29,024 nucleotides of DNA from Pirellulales bacterium. Its GTDB lineage: Bacteria > Planctomycetota > Planctomycetia > Pirellulales > JAICIG01. Shown one piece after another: positions 17,443 through 26,491 of the stretch. The stretch spans positions 144,636 to 173,659 of the forward strand of contig JBBDYJ010000013.1 in the NCBI GenBank assembly GCA_040901675.1, written 5' to 3'. The translations under genes and the position numbers were made by a program. The notes beneath the pieces were generated by a model, which searched no databases, was not told the DNA's origin, and was given only the letters and a program-made list of their open reading frames with translations. Within the stretch, counting starts at the first letter, position 1. Every line of letters begins with the position of its first letter.

Positions 17443-18504
17443 TCACGTTGTTGGAAGGTCAATCGTTTCAACGGTCCCGTTCCCGGTGTCTGGATCGTAG
17501 TTCGGCGTGATGACTTTCGTGTCCTCAACGGTGGTAAGGCCGATCAGCTTGGCCTTGATCGTGTAGTCCGCGAAATTCAGAAACTGGTCGAATCCTCGAA
17601 TCGCCGCGTATTGGACCACCGACGGATTGAGCATTTCCAAAAGCAACTGCCAGTCCCCGATGTTATCGTCCCAGTACATGATTTGCAGCCACATGTCGCC
17701 CCCAAACGGCATCCAAGTTCCCCCGACCGGCACATAGAACGACTCCCTTTCTTTGAAGAAGTAGTGGAACTCCGCGAGGCCGTACTGGACGGCAATACTT
17801 GCACCGTCCATATTACGCGTCCCCTGCCTGTTGGGCGGTGGCAAAATCTCCGGGTCTTTGAAAGGGATAATCTCCTGTTCCGGCGTCTCGGAAAACACTC
17901 CGCCGCCCGGCGACTCTATTAGCTGGACCTTCACGTGCGCCCGGATCGGAACGGTAGAATGGTCGGCCGCAGCAACCCACGTATACACCAGGGTTTCATC
18001 CGGACCGATAACGTCCGAGTCCCCCTTGTCCTGCCAGCTGCAAGTGGTGAAGTTGTACATGAGAAGCTTCATCTTATACGAGCCCGTCTCAACGTTAGTT
18101 GCAGCAGCCCTTACCACAACGCGATATTCCTCATCTCCCTGAGCTGGATTTTTTGCAATTCGGTAGACCTCGCCTGTCACATATTGGACGGCGGTGACTT
18201 CGGGCTTAACGCAACTGACAGTGTCCAGTACCTTCTGCATGTCCGCCTGGAGACCAGCGAGGCGCACAACATATGAAGCTGGAACGGGGTTTGGGAAAGT
18301 CTTGGCATCAGCGCCAAAGGTCGCGGCCGCCTGCGTATGCCATGCTGTGAACTCCTGCGCTCCGGCCGCCTTGTAGCTCAGTATAAGCTCGTCAAGCGCC
18401 TCCCGCGGTTCGGTGTACATGACCTTCGCGTCAAGCTCGTGGTCGTTTTGCCGCTCTTTGAGACGCACGCTCTCAAGGTACATTGTATAATACGGGCCAG
18501 GCAT
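17443..18504 (-). CDS. Hypothetical beta-rich protein (353 aa), no signal peptide seen
   Basis: GGAGG RBS; natural-looking composition rich in Y/W/V/T; 10 nt upstream of the next gene. Confidence 0.75.
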   Translation of the reverse strand: MPGPYYTMYLESVRLKERQNDHELDAKVMYTEPREALDELILSYKAAGAQEFTAWHTQAAATFGADAKTFPNPVPASYVVRLAGLQADMQKVLDTVSCVKPEVTAVQYVTGEVYRIAKNPAQGDEEYRVVVRAAATNVETGSYKMKLLMYNFTTCSWQDKGDSDVIGPDETLVYTWVAAADHSTVPIRAHVKVQLIESPGGGVFSETPEQEIIPFKDPEILPPPNRQGTRNMDGASIAVQYGLAEFHYFFKERESFYVPVGGTWMPFGGDMWLQIMYWDDNIGDWQLLLEMLNPSVVQYAAIRGFDQFLNFADYTIKAKLIGLTTVEDTKVITPNYDPDTGNGTVETIDLPTT

Positions 18505-19066
18505 CTCTTCCTCCCATAAAATCCGTCACGGACCCCAAGAATGCAGGAATTCAGAATGTCGCCAGGCGGCGGTTAGCGCACCGGTAAATCGAGCCGGGCA
18601 TTGCCAGTCTTTCGGTAAGTCGTGCCTTTTACGTGATCGCGCCCATCGAGACGCGCGCCCTGGTGGACTACGGGGTTTGCGCGCGATGCGACGAAACATG
18701 CCGACCATTTCAATGCGAGCGACGCATGCATTTACCCCCCTGCTGCGAGTTGTTGCCCCACGTGTCGTGCGGCGAATCGGTCCCTCAAAGCAACTTCGAT
18801 CAACAGCTTGAACTTCTCGCCCCAATCCTGGTGGCCAGTATCTGTCGGCGCACGCAAGTTGCCAATGCCTGTTGAGGCGACGCACAGATGTACAGACGCG
18901 CTCACGATTGCCCGTGCAGGTGCTCCGCCAGTACGCGAAGAATGAGTTGACTGCGGCTCCTGACTCCGAACCGCTCGTAGAGCCGCTGAACGTGCGTATG
19001 CACGGTATCGCGCGATATCCCGAGAAGCCTCCCGATAGCCCGGTCCGTGCGGTCGTCAAACACGCC

Positions 19067-19534
19067 CTAAAGAACCTGAAGCTGCCGCCCAGTGATGTGC
19101 AGTGAAATCGCGATCGTCTGCCAGGCGGAGTCGGATAGGATCGTGTGGTCTGGCGCCGCCCCGGGTAGCTTGAAGCGTTCCTCGATCGCCAGCACGATGG
19201 CCGCGGTCTCCGCGTCGGACGGCTCAGGCGGTCGAATCCCGGTCAGGTACCGGATCCAACGCCCTGGCTTTCCGCGGCACGCAAGCAAGCCGGTTGGCCG
19301 GCGTCCCGCCAGGCACGCTGACAGAAACTCCCTTGCAACGCTGGGGGAAGCCGCTGCCAGGCTGACGAGCCGGGCGCCTGGGCACGGCTCGCCAGGCTGG
19401 GGAAGCCTCTGGTAGCCGCACCTCGCAACGATGACGCCATCTTCAAGCACGAGAAATGAGCGAGCCAAAGGAGCGGCGAAGTAAGCCGCCACAAGCCAGC
19501 CCCAGCCGCCTCGGCCATACTCATCGAGAGTCAT
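19067..19534 (-). CDS. Hypothetical protein (155 aa)
   Basis: ATG-started ORF that fills an otherwise unexplained gap; no motif recognised. Confidence 0.4.
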   Translation of the reverse strand: MTLDEYGRGGWGWLVAAYFAAPLARSFLVLEDGVIVARCGYQRLPQPGEPCPGARLVSLAAASPSVAREFLSACLAGRRPTGLLACRGKPGRWIRYLTGIRPPEPSDAETAAIVLAIEERFKLPGAAPDHTILSDSAWQTIAISLHITGRQLQVL

Positions 19535-19716
19535 GGCGGTATTGTCTCAAAGATTCTTGGAGCGTCCAGAAAAAAGCGGCCTGGGCGCGCGACACATGGC
19601 TTGGGCGAGATTGGCGCGGCGGATACACGCACCCGTCATATTCTGGCCCGGTGCCGCTACAAATCGCCTGCGGCGGGCCCTAAAATCCACCTGATGCGGA
19701 TGCGGGATCCGCGAAA

Positions 19717-19740
19717 CCACTCGCGGAGCGAGTGGACCAC
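19717..19740 (-). repeat. Single REP-like hairpin
   Basis: Minus strand GTGGT-CCACTCGC-TCC-GCGAGTGG, perfect 8-bp stem. Confidence 0.6.
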
Positions 19741-19799
19741 ATAAGTTGCATCCGGCCGGGAACTCCGGCCCGCCAACTGCACTCCCTGGAAAGGCAGCC

Positions 19800-20621
19800 A
19801 TGAAACTCGGCCTGATCAACTCGGCTTGGGTCCAAGCACAACAACCGACCGAGTTCGGTTTGCAAAAGACGAAAGAGATCGGCTTCGACACGGTCGACAT
19901 CTTCGTCGATCCGCTGGATGTCGACGTCCGCGAAAGGCGGCTGATCAAAGACCAGTGCGACCGGCTGGAGCTGCCGATCGTTTCGCTGGCCTGCGTGGCG
20001 GTGGGGCTGATCGACTTCAACCCCAGCGTGCGGCGGTTCCACGAGCAGCGTGTCCGCGCTTACCTGGACCTGGCCTACGAGTACGAAGCCGATAACGTGC
20101 TGCTGGTCATCGGCGAATACATCTGGAACAGGGAGGTCATCCCGCCCGAAGAGCAGTGGCGCTCAGGCGTCGAGAGCGTGCGGATGCTGGGGCAGCGGGC
20201 AGGCGAGCTGGGACTCGAAATCGTGCTGGAGCTGGAGCCGTTCGCGCTGTCGCTGGTCAACAACGTCGATACCATGCTCCACTTCCTGGACGACGTGGGC
20301 CTCGACTCGGTCAAGGCCAACATCGACATCTCGCACCTGGTGCTCTCGAAGGTGGCCCCCGAGGAGCTGCGGCGGCTGAAGGGGCGGGCCGCCCACGTAC
20401 ACATCTCCGACTGCGACGGCAAGGTGCACGGCGACCTGCCGCCGGGCCGCGGCGTCGTCCCCTTTGAACCGTACCTGCGCGAGATCAAGGACCTGGGCAT
20501 CGACGGCGCGATCTCGATCGAGCTGGAGTACTCGCCCGAGCCGGCGCGGATCGTCGAGTGGGTCGAGGAGGCCTACCGCGAAACGAACCGGCGGCTGCAA
20601 GCTGCCGGATTGCGAGGCTGA
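19800..20621 (+). CDS. Sugar phosphate isomerase/epimerase (xylose-isomerase-like TIM barrel, tagatose/psicose 3-epimerase-like)
   Basis: IGFDTVDI, metal ligands ELEP, DISH, HVHISD, PGRG, SIELE. Confidence 0.88.
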   Translation: MKLGLINSAWVQAQQPTEFGLQKTKEIGFDTVDIFVDPLDVDVRERRLIKDQCDRLELPIVSLACVAVGLIDFNPSVRRFHEQRVRAYLDLAYEYEADNVLLVIGEYIWNREVIPPEEQWRSGVESVRMLGQRAGELGLEIVLELEPFALSLVNNVDTMLHFLDDVGLDSVKANIDISHLVLSKVAPEELRRLKGRAAHVHISDCDGKVHGDLPPGRGVVPFEPYLREIKDLGIDGAISIELEYSPEPARIVEWVEEAYRETNRRLQAAGLRG

Positions 20622-20689
20622 AGGAGTGCGGCGGGTGCCTCGCCCCCTCGCTTTGTCGCCTTGTCGTCCTCCCTGCCCCCTCCTCATCG

Positions 20690-20734
20690 TCCTGCCTTCC
20701 TCCTTCCTCCTTCTGCCTTCTGCCTTCTGCCTTC
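20690..20734. repeat. Heptamer tandem repeat (CCTTCTG / CCTTCCT) between convergent genes
   Basis: cctgccttcctccttcctccttctgccttctgccttctgccttc. Confidence 0.8.
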
Positions 20735-21137
20735 ACCCTCCCTCCTCCTCGCTGCCTCCTCGCAGCCAGGCGGGCACGCGCCGCAGGTTGCCTTCGCGGG
20801 CCACGCAGGCCAGCGTGCTTCGGCCCTCGGCCAGCAGCTCTTGCCCACGCAGCAGCTCGTAGCTGTGCTCGATCCGGGCCGGCGTCACGCGGACGGTCGA
20901 CGTCTTCAACCGCAGCACGTCGTCGTACCGGGCAGGCCTCCGGTAGCGGCAGGACACTTCCACGATCACCATGAACAGGCCTCCTTCCTCGATTTTCCGG
21001 TAGTCGAAGCCGTTGGCCCGCAGCAGCTCGGTGCGGCCCATCTCGAAATAGGTCAGGTAATTGGCGTGGTGCAGCACGCCCATGGCATCGGTTTCCTGGT
21101 AGCGGACGCGGATCTCGATTTCGTGTTCCCGCAGCAT
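20733..21137 (-). CDS. Acyl-CoA thioesterase (YbgC/FadM, 4HBT hot-dog family)
   Basis: [37 protein letters not shown]. Confidence 0.92.
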   Translation of the reverse strand: MLREHEIEIRVRYQETDAMGVLHHANYLTYFEMGRTELLRANGFDYRKIEEGGLFMVIVEVSCRYRRPARYDDVLRLKTSTVRVTPARIEHSYELLRGQELLAEGRSTLACVAREGNLRRVPAWLRGGSEEEGG

Positions 21138-21256
21138 AATCCCCCAATAATTCTCTTTTTCTGGCTGGTTGCTCCACGCGGCAGTCGCCGCCGAACAGGC
21201 CATCTTAACACCTGATCGCCCGGATGGATCCCGCATCCCTGCCGGCCCGCCGCCCG

Positions 21257-21286
21257 TTGACCGGGGCACGAGAATTCATCTATAGT
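21257..21286 (+). promoter_or_regulatory. Sigma70-like promoter for the ACT protein
   Basis: TTGACC-N18-TATAGT. Confidence 0.5.
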
Positions 21287-21418
21287 GCGGTTGGCTGGCC
21301 CTGACGCTTGCGCCTATCAATCCTCACCGCGCAGCGTGGCGGCACCTGGCGGACCGCCCCATCGAAGGACCTGCCTTGGCCCCTTGGAAAACAGGCCTGG
21401 CGGCGAGAGAGCGAAGCC

Positions 21419-21910
21419 ATGAGCATCGGCGAAGGAACCGGTACCGACATCTCCACGGCCAGGGGGCGCAACTACCCCTCCATCCGCCAGTTTACCGTCT
21501 TCCTGGAAAACCGCGTCGGGCAGTTGCTGGAAGTGGTCCGCCGCTTTGAAGGCAGCAAGGTGCGGATCGTGGCACTCTCGATCGTCGACTCCGCCGAGTG
21601 CGCCTTCGTTCGCTTCTTGTTGAGCCATCCCGAACAGGGCCGCGAGATCCTGGAGCGCGCCGGCCTGGCCCTGATCGAAAGTGACTTGATCGGCGTCGAG
21701 CTGCCCGAAGGGCCACAACCGTTGTTGCGGGTCTGCACGGCCCTGTTGCAGGCGGAGGTCAACATCATCCAGGCTTATCCGCTGTTGATCCGCCCGCGCG
21801 GCCGGCCGGCCGTGGCTTTGATGGTCGACAACATCGAGATGGGGCTGGAGACGCTGGCGTCCAAGAACTTCACGATGATCAGCGAAGCCGACCTGCTCGA
21901 CGACGAGTGA
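21419..21910 (+). CDS. Tandem ACT-domain protein
   Basis: IRQFTVFLENRVGQL..V, second ACT repeat with EVNIIQAY. Confidence 0.85.
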   Translation: MSIGEGTGTDISTARGRNYPSIRQFTVFLENRVGQLLEVVRRFEGSKVRIVALSIVDSAECAFVRFLLSHPEQGREILERAGLALIESDLIGVELPEGPQPLLRVCTALLQAEVNIIQAYPLLIRPRGRPAVALMVDNIEMGLETLASKNFTMISEADLLDDE

Positions 21911-21958
21911 CGCGCGGGCCAGCCGCGTGTTGACAAGGAGCCGAAGCGCCCGCGCCGG

Positions 21959-22855
21959 TCAACCGCGGGTTTCGAAGAGATCTTTCGGCAACTGGCCGAG
22001 GCCGCGGACCGCGACGCGGCTGATCGAGTCCCAGGCGACGGCCGTGAGCGTCAGGCTTCCGTTGGCCTCGCGAATGGCGAACAGGCCGTAGTCGGAGTGC
22101 GAGCGCTGCGGCGAGTATTGATCGGGGATCAGCAGCTTGCCATCGCCCAGGTGCAGCTCGACCGACACGCCCTGCGTTCGCTGGGCCCAAAGCTGTGCGA
22201 AGAGCACTGCCATCGGGTGCTGCTCGCCCGGCTGGCCGGGCGACTTGCCGGGGTTGAGCACAGAGAGGCTGCTGGCCGGAAGCTTGGGCGCAGTGGCGAA
22301 CTGGATCTGCGACTGTTCCAGGTCGTGGCCGGTCTCCTCGTCCGGGATATCATCGGGGCTGGGCACGACAAAGCGGGCCGAGCACTGGGGGCACTGGCCG
22401 GGCTTGCCGACGAGGCCTGTCGACCCGTGCAGGCGATGCCCATTCGGGCACAAGAACATGAAGTCGCCCGGCCCCGGTCCACCCGCTTGCGCGGCGGCCG
22501 CCGTTTGTGCCCCGCCCGCCGTCTGGGCAGCGGCCACCGCCTGCGCGCCAGGTGTCTTGACGGCCGTCGTCGTCTGCGCAGCAGCCGTTGTCTGGGGGCC
22601 GGCCGCCGCCGCGCCCGCCGGCTGAGCCCGAACTTTTGTCCCCTGGCCATCCGAGTGTTCGGTGGCGGTGTGCGTCTCGGCGATGGAATACCCTTCGGCC
22701 GCGGCCGGTGCCGTCTCGGCCACCTGCCCCACGGCGCCGCCCGCGGCAGGCACCTGGAAGACGGCCCCGCACCGGGGACATTTGCCCGGTTTGCCGGCCT
22801 GCTGTTCAGGGCAGTTGAGCTTATGACCGTTGGGGCAGTTAAAGATGATGGTCAT
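21959..22855 (-). CDS. Hypothetical protein with two zinc-ribbon modules and an Ala/Gln/Thr-rich linker
   Basis: CPNGH...GKPGKCPRC and CPNGH...GKPGQCPQC. Confidence 0.85.
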   Translation of the reverse strand: MTIIFNCPNGHKLNCPEQQAGKPGKCPRCGAVFQVPAAGGAVGQVAETAPAAAEGYSIAETHTATEHSDGQGTKVRAQPAGAAAAGPQTTAAAQTTTAVKTPGAQAVAAAQTAGGAQTAAAAQAGGPGPGDFMFLCPNGHRLHGSTGLVGKPGQCPQCSARFVVPSPDDIPDEETGHDLEQSQIQFATAPKLPASSLSVLNPGKSPGQPGEQHPMAVLFAQLWAQRTQGVSVELHLGDGKLLIPDQYSPQRSHSDYGLFAIREANGSLTLTAVAWDSISRVAVRGLGQLPKDLFETRG

Positions 22856-23065
22856 AGCTGCTTATCCTAGCCCAGGCGCGCGGCGGGAACAACGGAAGAG
22901 GAAGGCAGAAGGAGGGAGGAACAAGAAAAGACGGTGGGAGCGGAGGTGGATGTGGCGTGGAAGGACCCGCCCAGCCTCCAGGCGTTGCTTGAACTTGGCA
23001 GGCCGGGGTGCAACACTAGTGGGCTGGGTCGAGAAAGGCAACCCTTCGCGTCGAGCCTCCACCGC

Positions 23066-23770
23066 ATGCCGATTCCGGTAACCTGCCCCGGCTGCAAGGC
23101 CAAGTTCACGGTCAGCGAGAAGTTTGCGGGCAAGGAAGGTCCCTGCCCCAAGTGCAAGGCCAAGATCAAGGTCCCGAAGCTCGAGGACGTCACGCCGGTC
23201 GAGGAAGTCAAGATCCATGCGCCGGAGGAGTACACCAGCGGACCAAAGACCGTCACCGGCCGGCCGGCAACCAAACCGATCGCGCGGCGCGAGACCCGCC
23301 TTGCCTTGGTCCCCACCGTCGCAATCGTCGCCGGCGTTCTCGTCACCGTGGCGGCCGCCTGGCTGCTCAGGAACCAATTGCATGACCATTTGGGGCTGCG
23401 GGCAGTGGCACTCTTGCTGGTGTCGCCACCGACCGTGCGGGCCGGCTATGCTTTCCTGCGCAACGACGAGCTGGAACCGTACCGCGGCCTCTGGCTGTGG
23501 GTCCGCTCGTGCATCTGCGGGCTGGTCTACGCGGGCCTGTGGGGCGCCTTTTACCTGCTGCCCGACGATCTCACCCAAGAGGCGATGTACTGGCTGTTCA
23601 TCGCGCCCCCGCCCCTGTTGATCGGGGCCGGAGCCGCCTATGTCACGCTCGACCTGGACTTCGGCAGCGGATTCTTCCACTACGTTTTCTATCTGCTGGT
23701 GACACTCGCTTTGGGATACGTGGCAGGATTGCCCATGCCCTGGTCCGGTGCCGCCTCGCTGACGCTCTGA
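23066..23770 (+). CDS. Zinc-ribbon (MJ0042-like) membrane protein
   Basis: MPIPVTCPGC...AGKEGPCPKC followed by about five TM helices. Confidence 0.85.
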   Translation: MPIPVTCPGCKAKFTVSEKFAGKEGPCPKCKAKIKVPKLEDVTPVEEVKIHAPEEYTSGPKTVTGRPATKPIARRETRLALVPTVAIVAGVLVTVAAAWLLRNQLHDHLGLRAVALLLVSPPTVRAGYAFLRNDELEPYRGLWLWVRSCICGLVYAGLWGAFYLLPDDLTQEAMYWLFIAPPPLLIGAGAAYVTLDLDFGSGFFHYVFYLLVTLALGYVAGLPMPWSGAASLTL

Positions 23771-23816
23771 CCTCCCTCTGACTTCTGACCTCTGACCTCT
23801 GACCTCTGACTTCTGC
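23766..23816. repeat. Heptamer tandem repeat (TCTGACY) between convergent genes
   Basis: tctgacttctgacctctgacctctgacctctgacttctgcc. Confidence 0.85.
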
Positions 23817-23817
23817 C

Positions 23818-25383
23818 TCACTCCCCATGTACGTCCAAGTACGCCTGCGACATCTGGCGGCGTATCCGGCTGACGACCTCGGGCGTGAGCACGTTGCCGT
23901 GATGCTTGCCCGGAATGATCTCCACCTGGGCGTCGCTGCCCAACTGCTCGAGCGTCTCGGCCAGCTTGCGGACTGCTCCCTCCAGATAAAACGTGTCGAG
24001 CTCGCCGGCGATTACGTGCAGCTTGCCCTCGAGCTTCGGGCCCAGCTCCTGCCAGTTCCGCTCGATCCGCAGGCGAATGTCGTACCGCCGCCAGGCGGCC
24101 GCCACTTCCGGATCGATGCGCCCCGTGACCCGGTCCCAAAGCTTCCGCGGCAGGCCGTCCGTGCCCAGCGGGCTGAACACCGCCTCGAACGACCGCAGTT
24201 GACCGCCGCGGCCCAGGCAGTCGTCCATGCGTCCGAAGTCCTCGTACCACAGCGCGGGCTCTTCTCCACGCCGCGCGATCGGCCGGCGGTTCCCCTGCTC
24301 GTCGAAGTACAAACTCAGCGGCGGATCGGCATACAGGTCGACCTGCTGGTAATCGCGGAAATCGACCGGATCGGGTGAGCTGCTCCAGACGCCGCCGAAC
24401 ACGTCGGGATACGTGACCTGCAGCCACAGGCTCGACCATCCGCCCGAGCTGTGTCCGGTGAGAAAGCGGGCAGTCGCGGCGGCCACCGTCCGATAGGCCT
24501 CGTCGATCGCCGGGATCATCTCCTCGATCAGCGCCGCCCCGCGGGGGCCGTTGGTGGCACTGTCGGCATACACGTGGTGCCCCCACTTGCAGTCGCCGCT
24601 GAGCATCACGCGGATGAACTCGACCTGGCCCTCCTCCGGCTCGTGCGGCCTGCCCGCGTAGCGCAAGGCATCGCGATGGCTGCCTCCGAAACCAGGTACG
24701 ACGTACAGCACCGGGTATCGTCGCTGGGGCTCGTCGTGATAGCTGGCGGGCAGAGCCACGCCGGCCCGCTCGACCACGTCGCGGCCATGGAAGGCCGACA
24801 ACAACTTGCTGTGGACAACGACTTCCTTGATCGATTCGTGCTCGGGAAAAGGCTGTTCTTCGACAACCTGGTCCAACACGAGTTCGAGAGGCTCCGGCAC
24901 TTCCGCATCGCATCGCCAAACGACAACCGGGCTGTAAAAGTTGCCCACGCCGTGGGCCGGATGGTGGCGGTAAAAGTCGTGATCGAGAACCGCCTGCACC
25001 CGATATTCGCCGGGCGGCAGCTTGGACCAGGCGTCGGGGAAGCCGGCGGCCTTGTCGTCGACGAGCAGGGTATCTCCCGCTTCGACTCCCCGGACGTCGA
25101 CGCGGAAGAACGGCTCCGGATCAAACCAATTGGGACCGAACCGCGGTTCGGGCGCCGGACGCCGCGAGACCAACAAATAGAGCCGCCCTTCCAGCGGCCC
25201 CGTCTGGCCGGCCGCCTCCGCCGCGGCCCGGTCCAGCGTGATCTGGGCGGCGGCCAGTTCGACCGGCGCCGGCAGCTCATTCTCGAAGGGGACTTGGGCG
25301 ATCGCCGGCGCTATTGCCGCTAGCCAGGCTACCGTTGCCATCGGCACGATTCGCAGCGGCAGTTTGTAGTGATCCGCATTCAT
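23818..25383 (-). CDS. Secreted putative esterase (alpha/beta hydrolase, enterochelin-esterase-like)
   Basis: GHSSGGW nucleophile elbow, YPVLY, NGPRG.AL..E.IP.ID, GELD, GKHH; signal peptide ..VAWLAAIAPAIA-Q. Start uncertain (25341/25383/25449/25479). Confidence 0.85.
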   Translation of the reverse strand: MNADHYKLPLRIVPMATVAWLAAIAPAIAQVPFENELPAPVELAAAQITLDRAAAEAAGQTGPLEGRLYLLVSRRPAPEPRFGPNWFDPEPFFRVDVRGVEAGDTLLVDDKAAGFPDAWSKLPPGEYRVQAVLDHDFYRHHPAHGVGNFYSPVVVWRCDAEVPEPLELVLDQVVEEQPFPEHESIKEVVVHSKLLSAFHGRDVVERAGVALPASYHDEPQRRYPVLYVVPGFGGSHRDALRYAGRPHEPEEGQVEFIRVMLSGDCKWGHHVYADSATNGPRGAALIEEMIPAIDEAYRTVAAATARFLTGHSSGGWSSLWLQVTYPDVFGGVWSSSPDPVDFRDYQQVDLYADPPLSLYFDEQGNRRPIARRGEEPALWYEDFGRMDDCLGRGGQLRSFEAVFSPLGTDGLPRKLWDRVTGRIDPEVAAAWRRYDIRLRIERNWQELGPKLEGKLHVIAGELDTFYLEGAVRKLAETLEQLGSDAQVEIIPGKHHGNVLTPEVVSRIRRQMSQAYLDVHGE

Positions 25384-25487
25384 GCAGTCATCCCGTTCGT
25401 AGTGCCCCGATTCATCGGGTCCGTCCAGTTCGTAGTGACCCGCATTCATGCGGTCCGTCGGTTGTAGTGTCCGATTCATGCGGTCCG
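25366..25487 (+). repeat. Array of four GTAG-type palindromic units (period 33/33/32 nt)
   Basis: GTAGTGA(C)CCGCATTCATGCGGTC-like units starting at 25366, 25399, 25432 and 25464. Confidence 0.85.
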
Positions 25488-25492
25488 GCTGC

Positions 25493-25727
25493 CTGGGGCA
25501 GAGCGGACTTCGGACTTCGGCGAGCTCAGCCGAGTCGCGAGCTCAGCCGAGTCGTAGCGTGCCCAGAGCTCGTTCATTCGGCAGCCTCATTCTGGCACAC
25601 GGCGGCACGAAAGTCGAAGAAGTAGAGCGGCACGTTCTCCTCGCTCGCGCCCCTCGACGGGCTCGGGGCGGGTCGAACCCGCGGCTCGACTGAGCTCGCC
25701 GAAGTCCGAGACCCGCGTCGGGTTAGT
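25493..25727. repeat. Composite nested palindromic mini-elements (left of the NDT-HD operon)
   Basis: 24-nt unit GACTTCGGCGAGCTCAGYCGAGYC at 25513-25536 lies inside a split copy of itself (25506-25553); another copy at 25683-25706 lies inside a second repeat. Confidence 0.85.
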
Positions 25728-25745
25728 ATCTCTCGATCGCTCAGG

Positions 25746-25774
25746 TTGCACCGCGCCGCTCTGGCATATAGGCT
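25746..25774 (+). promoter_or_regulatory. Sigma70-like promoter for the NDT-HD operon
   Basis: TTGCAC-N17-TAGGCT. Confidence 0.5.
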
Positions 25775-25807
25775 AATCATGTTCCAACTCTCCAGGGCGA
25801 GCCGCTC

Positions 25808-26491
25808 ATGCCGATGTCGACGATCTTTCCGCTCCGCCAGCAGCGGCGGGTCTATTGCGCCGGCCCGCTGTTCAACGAATCGGAACGGCGCGAGATGCTC
25901 GAAATTGCCCGGGAGCTGCGCCGCGGCGGTTTCGAGCCCTTTGTGCCGCATGCCGACGGCATGGAGTTTGCCCGGGTCGAACCGTACCTGGCCGGCCAGG
26001 GATACGACCGGGCGGCTACGGGGCGGCTGTTGCACGAGGCCATCTTTGCCCTGGACGTCTACCAGGTCATGGTCGGCTGCGGGGCACTGGTCCTGAACAT
26101 GAACGGGCGGGTGCCCGACGAAGGGGCCGTGGCCGAGGCGGCCATGGCCTGGTCGCTCGGTAAGCCGCTGGTGATCTTCAAGGCCGACGCGCGCTCGAAA
26201 ATCGAGGGCCGCGACAATCCCCTGCTCGCCGGACTGACCGGGTTCGAGACCGTCGCGCGGATCGACGAAATCGCCGCCGCCCTGGCGGCACGTCAGGCGG
26301 CCCTCGACGTCGACCCGGAGTTCCGCTTCACCTGTCCGCCGCATTTGCAGCGAACGTTGTCGGCCGGCGCCAGCCTTTGGCGCTTGCTGGAAACGATGGG
26401 GGGCGAGCGGCCCGACGAGCCGGTGGCCGCGGCAGTCATCGAGCTGTTTGGCGCCCCCTCCGCTGCGCGCGAGCCGCTGCCGGCCCCATGA
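25808..26491 (+). CDS. Nucleoside 2-deoxyribosyltransferase / N-glycosidase family protein with C-terminal extension
   Basis: VYCAGPLF, F.PH, IFALD, PDEGAVAE (catalytic Asp/Glu pattern), LGKPLV, DNPLL. Confidence 0.85.
   Translation: MPMSTIFPLRQQRRVYCAGPLFNESERREMLEIARELRRGGFEPFVPHADGMEFARVEPYLAGQGYDRAATGRLLHEAIFALDVYQVMVGCGALVLNMNGRVPDEGAVAEAAMAWSLGKPLVIFKADARSKIEGRDNPLLAGLTGFETVARIDEIAAALAARQAALDVDPEFRFTCPPHLQRTLSAGASLWRLLETMGGERPDEPVAAAVIELFGAPSAAREPLPAP

Noticed and set aside
18633..18950. Second Cys-TGA-Gly (VANAC*G) as another selenoprotein
   Set aside because: The upstream ORF is itself doubtful, the extension is only about 24 codons and not protein-like, and I see no compact G-loop hairpin after the UGA.
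14985..19534. Prophage
   Set aside because: No integrase, terminase, capsid or att site recognisable; only a weak tail-like resemblance in one small protein.
25366..25487. Four regularly spaced palindromic repeats as a CRISPR array
   Set aside because: Spacers are only about 6-8 nt and similar to each other, the repeats are degenerate, and no cas genes are present; fits GTAG-type REPs.
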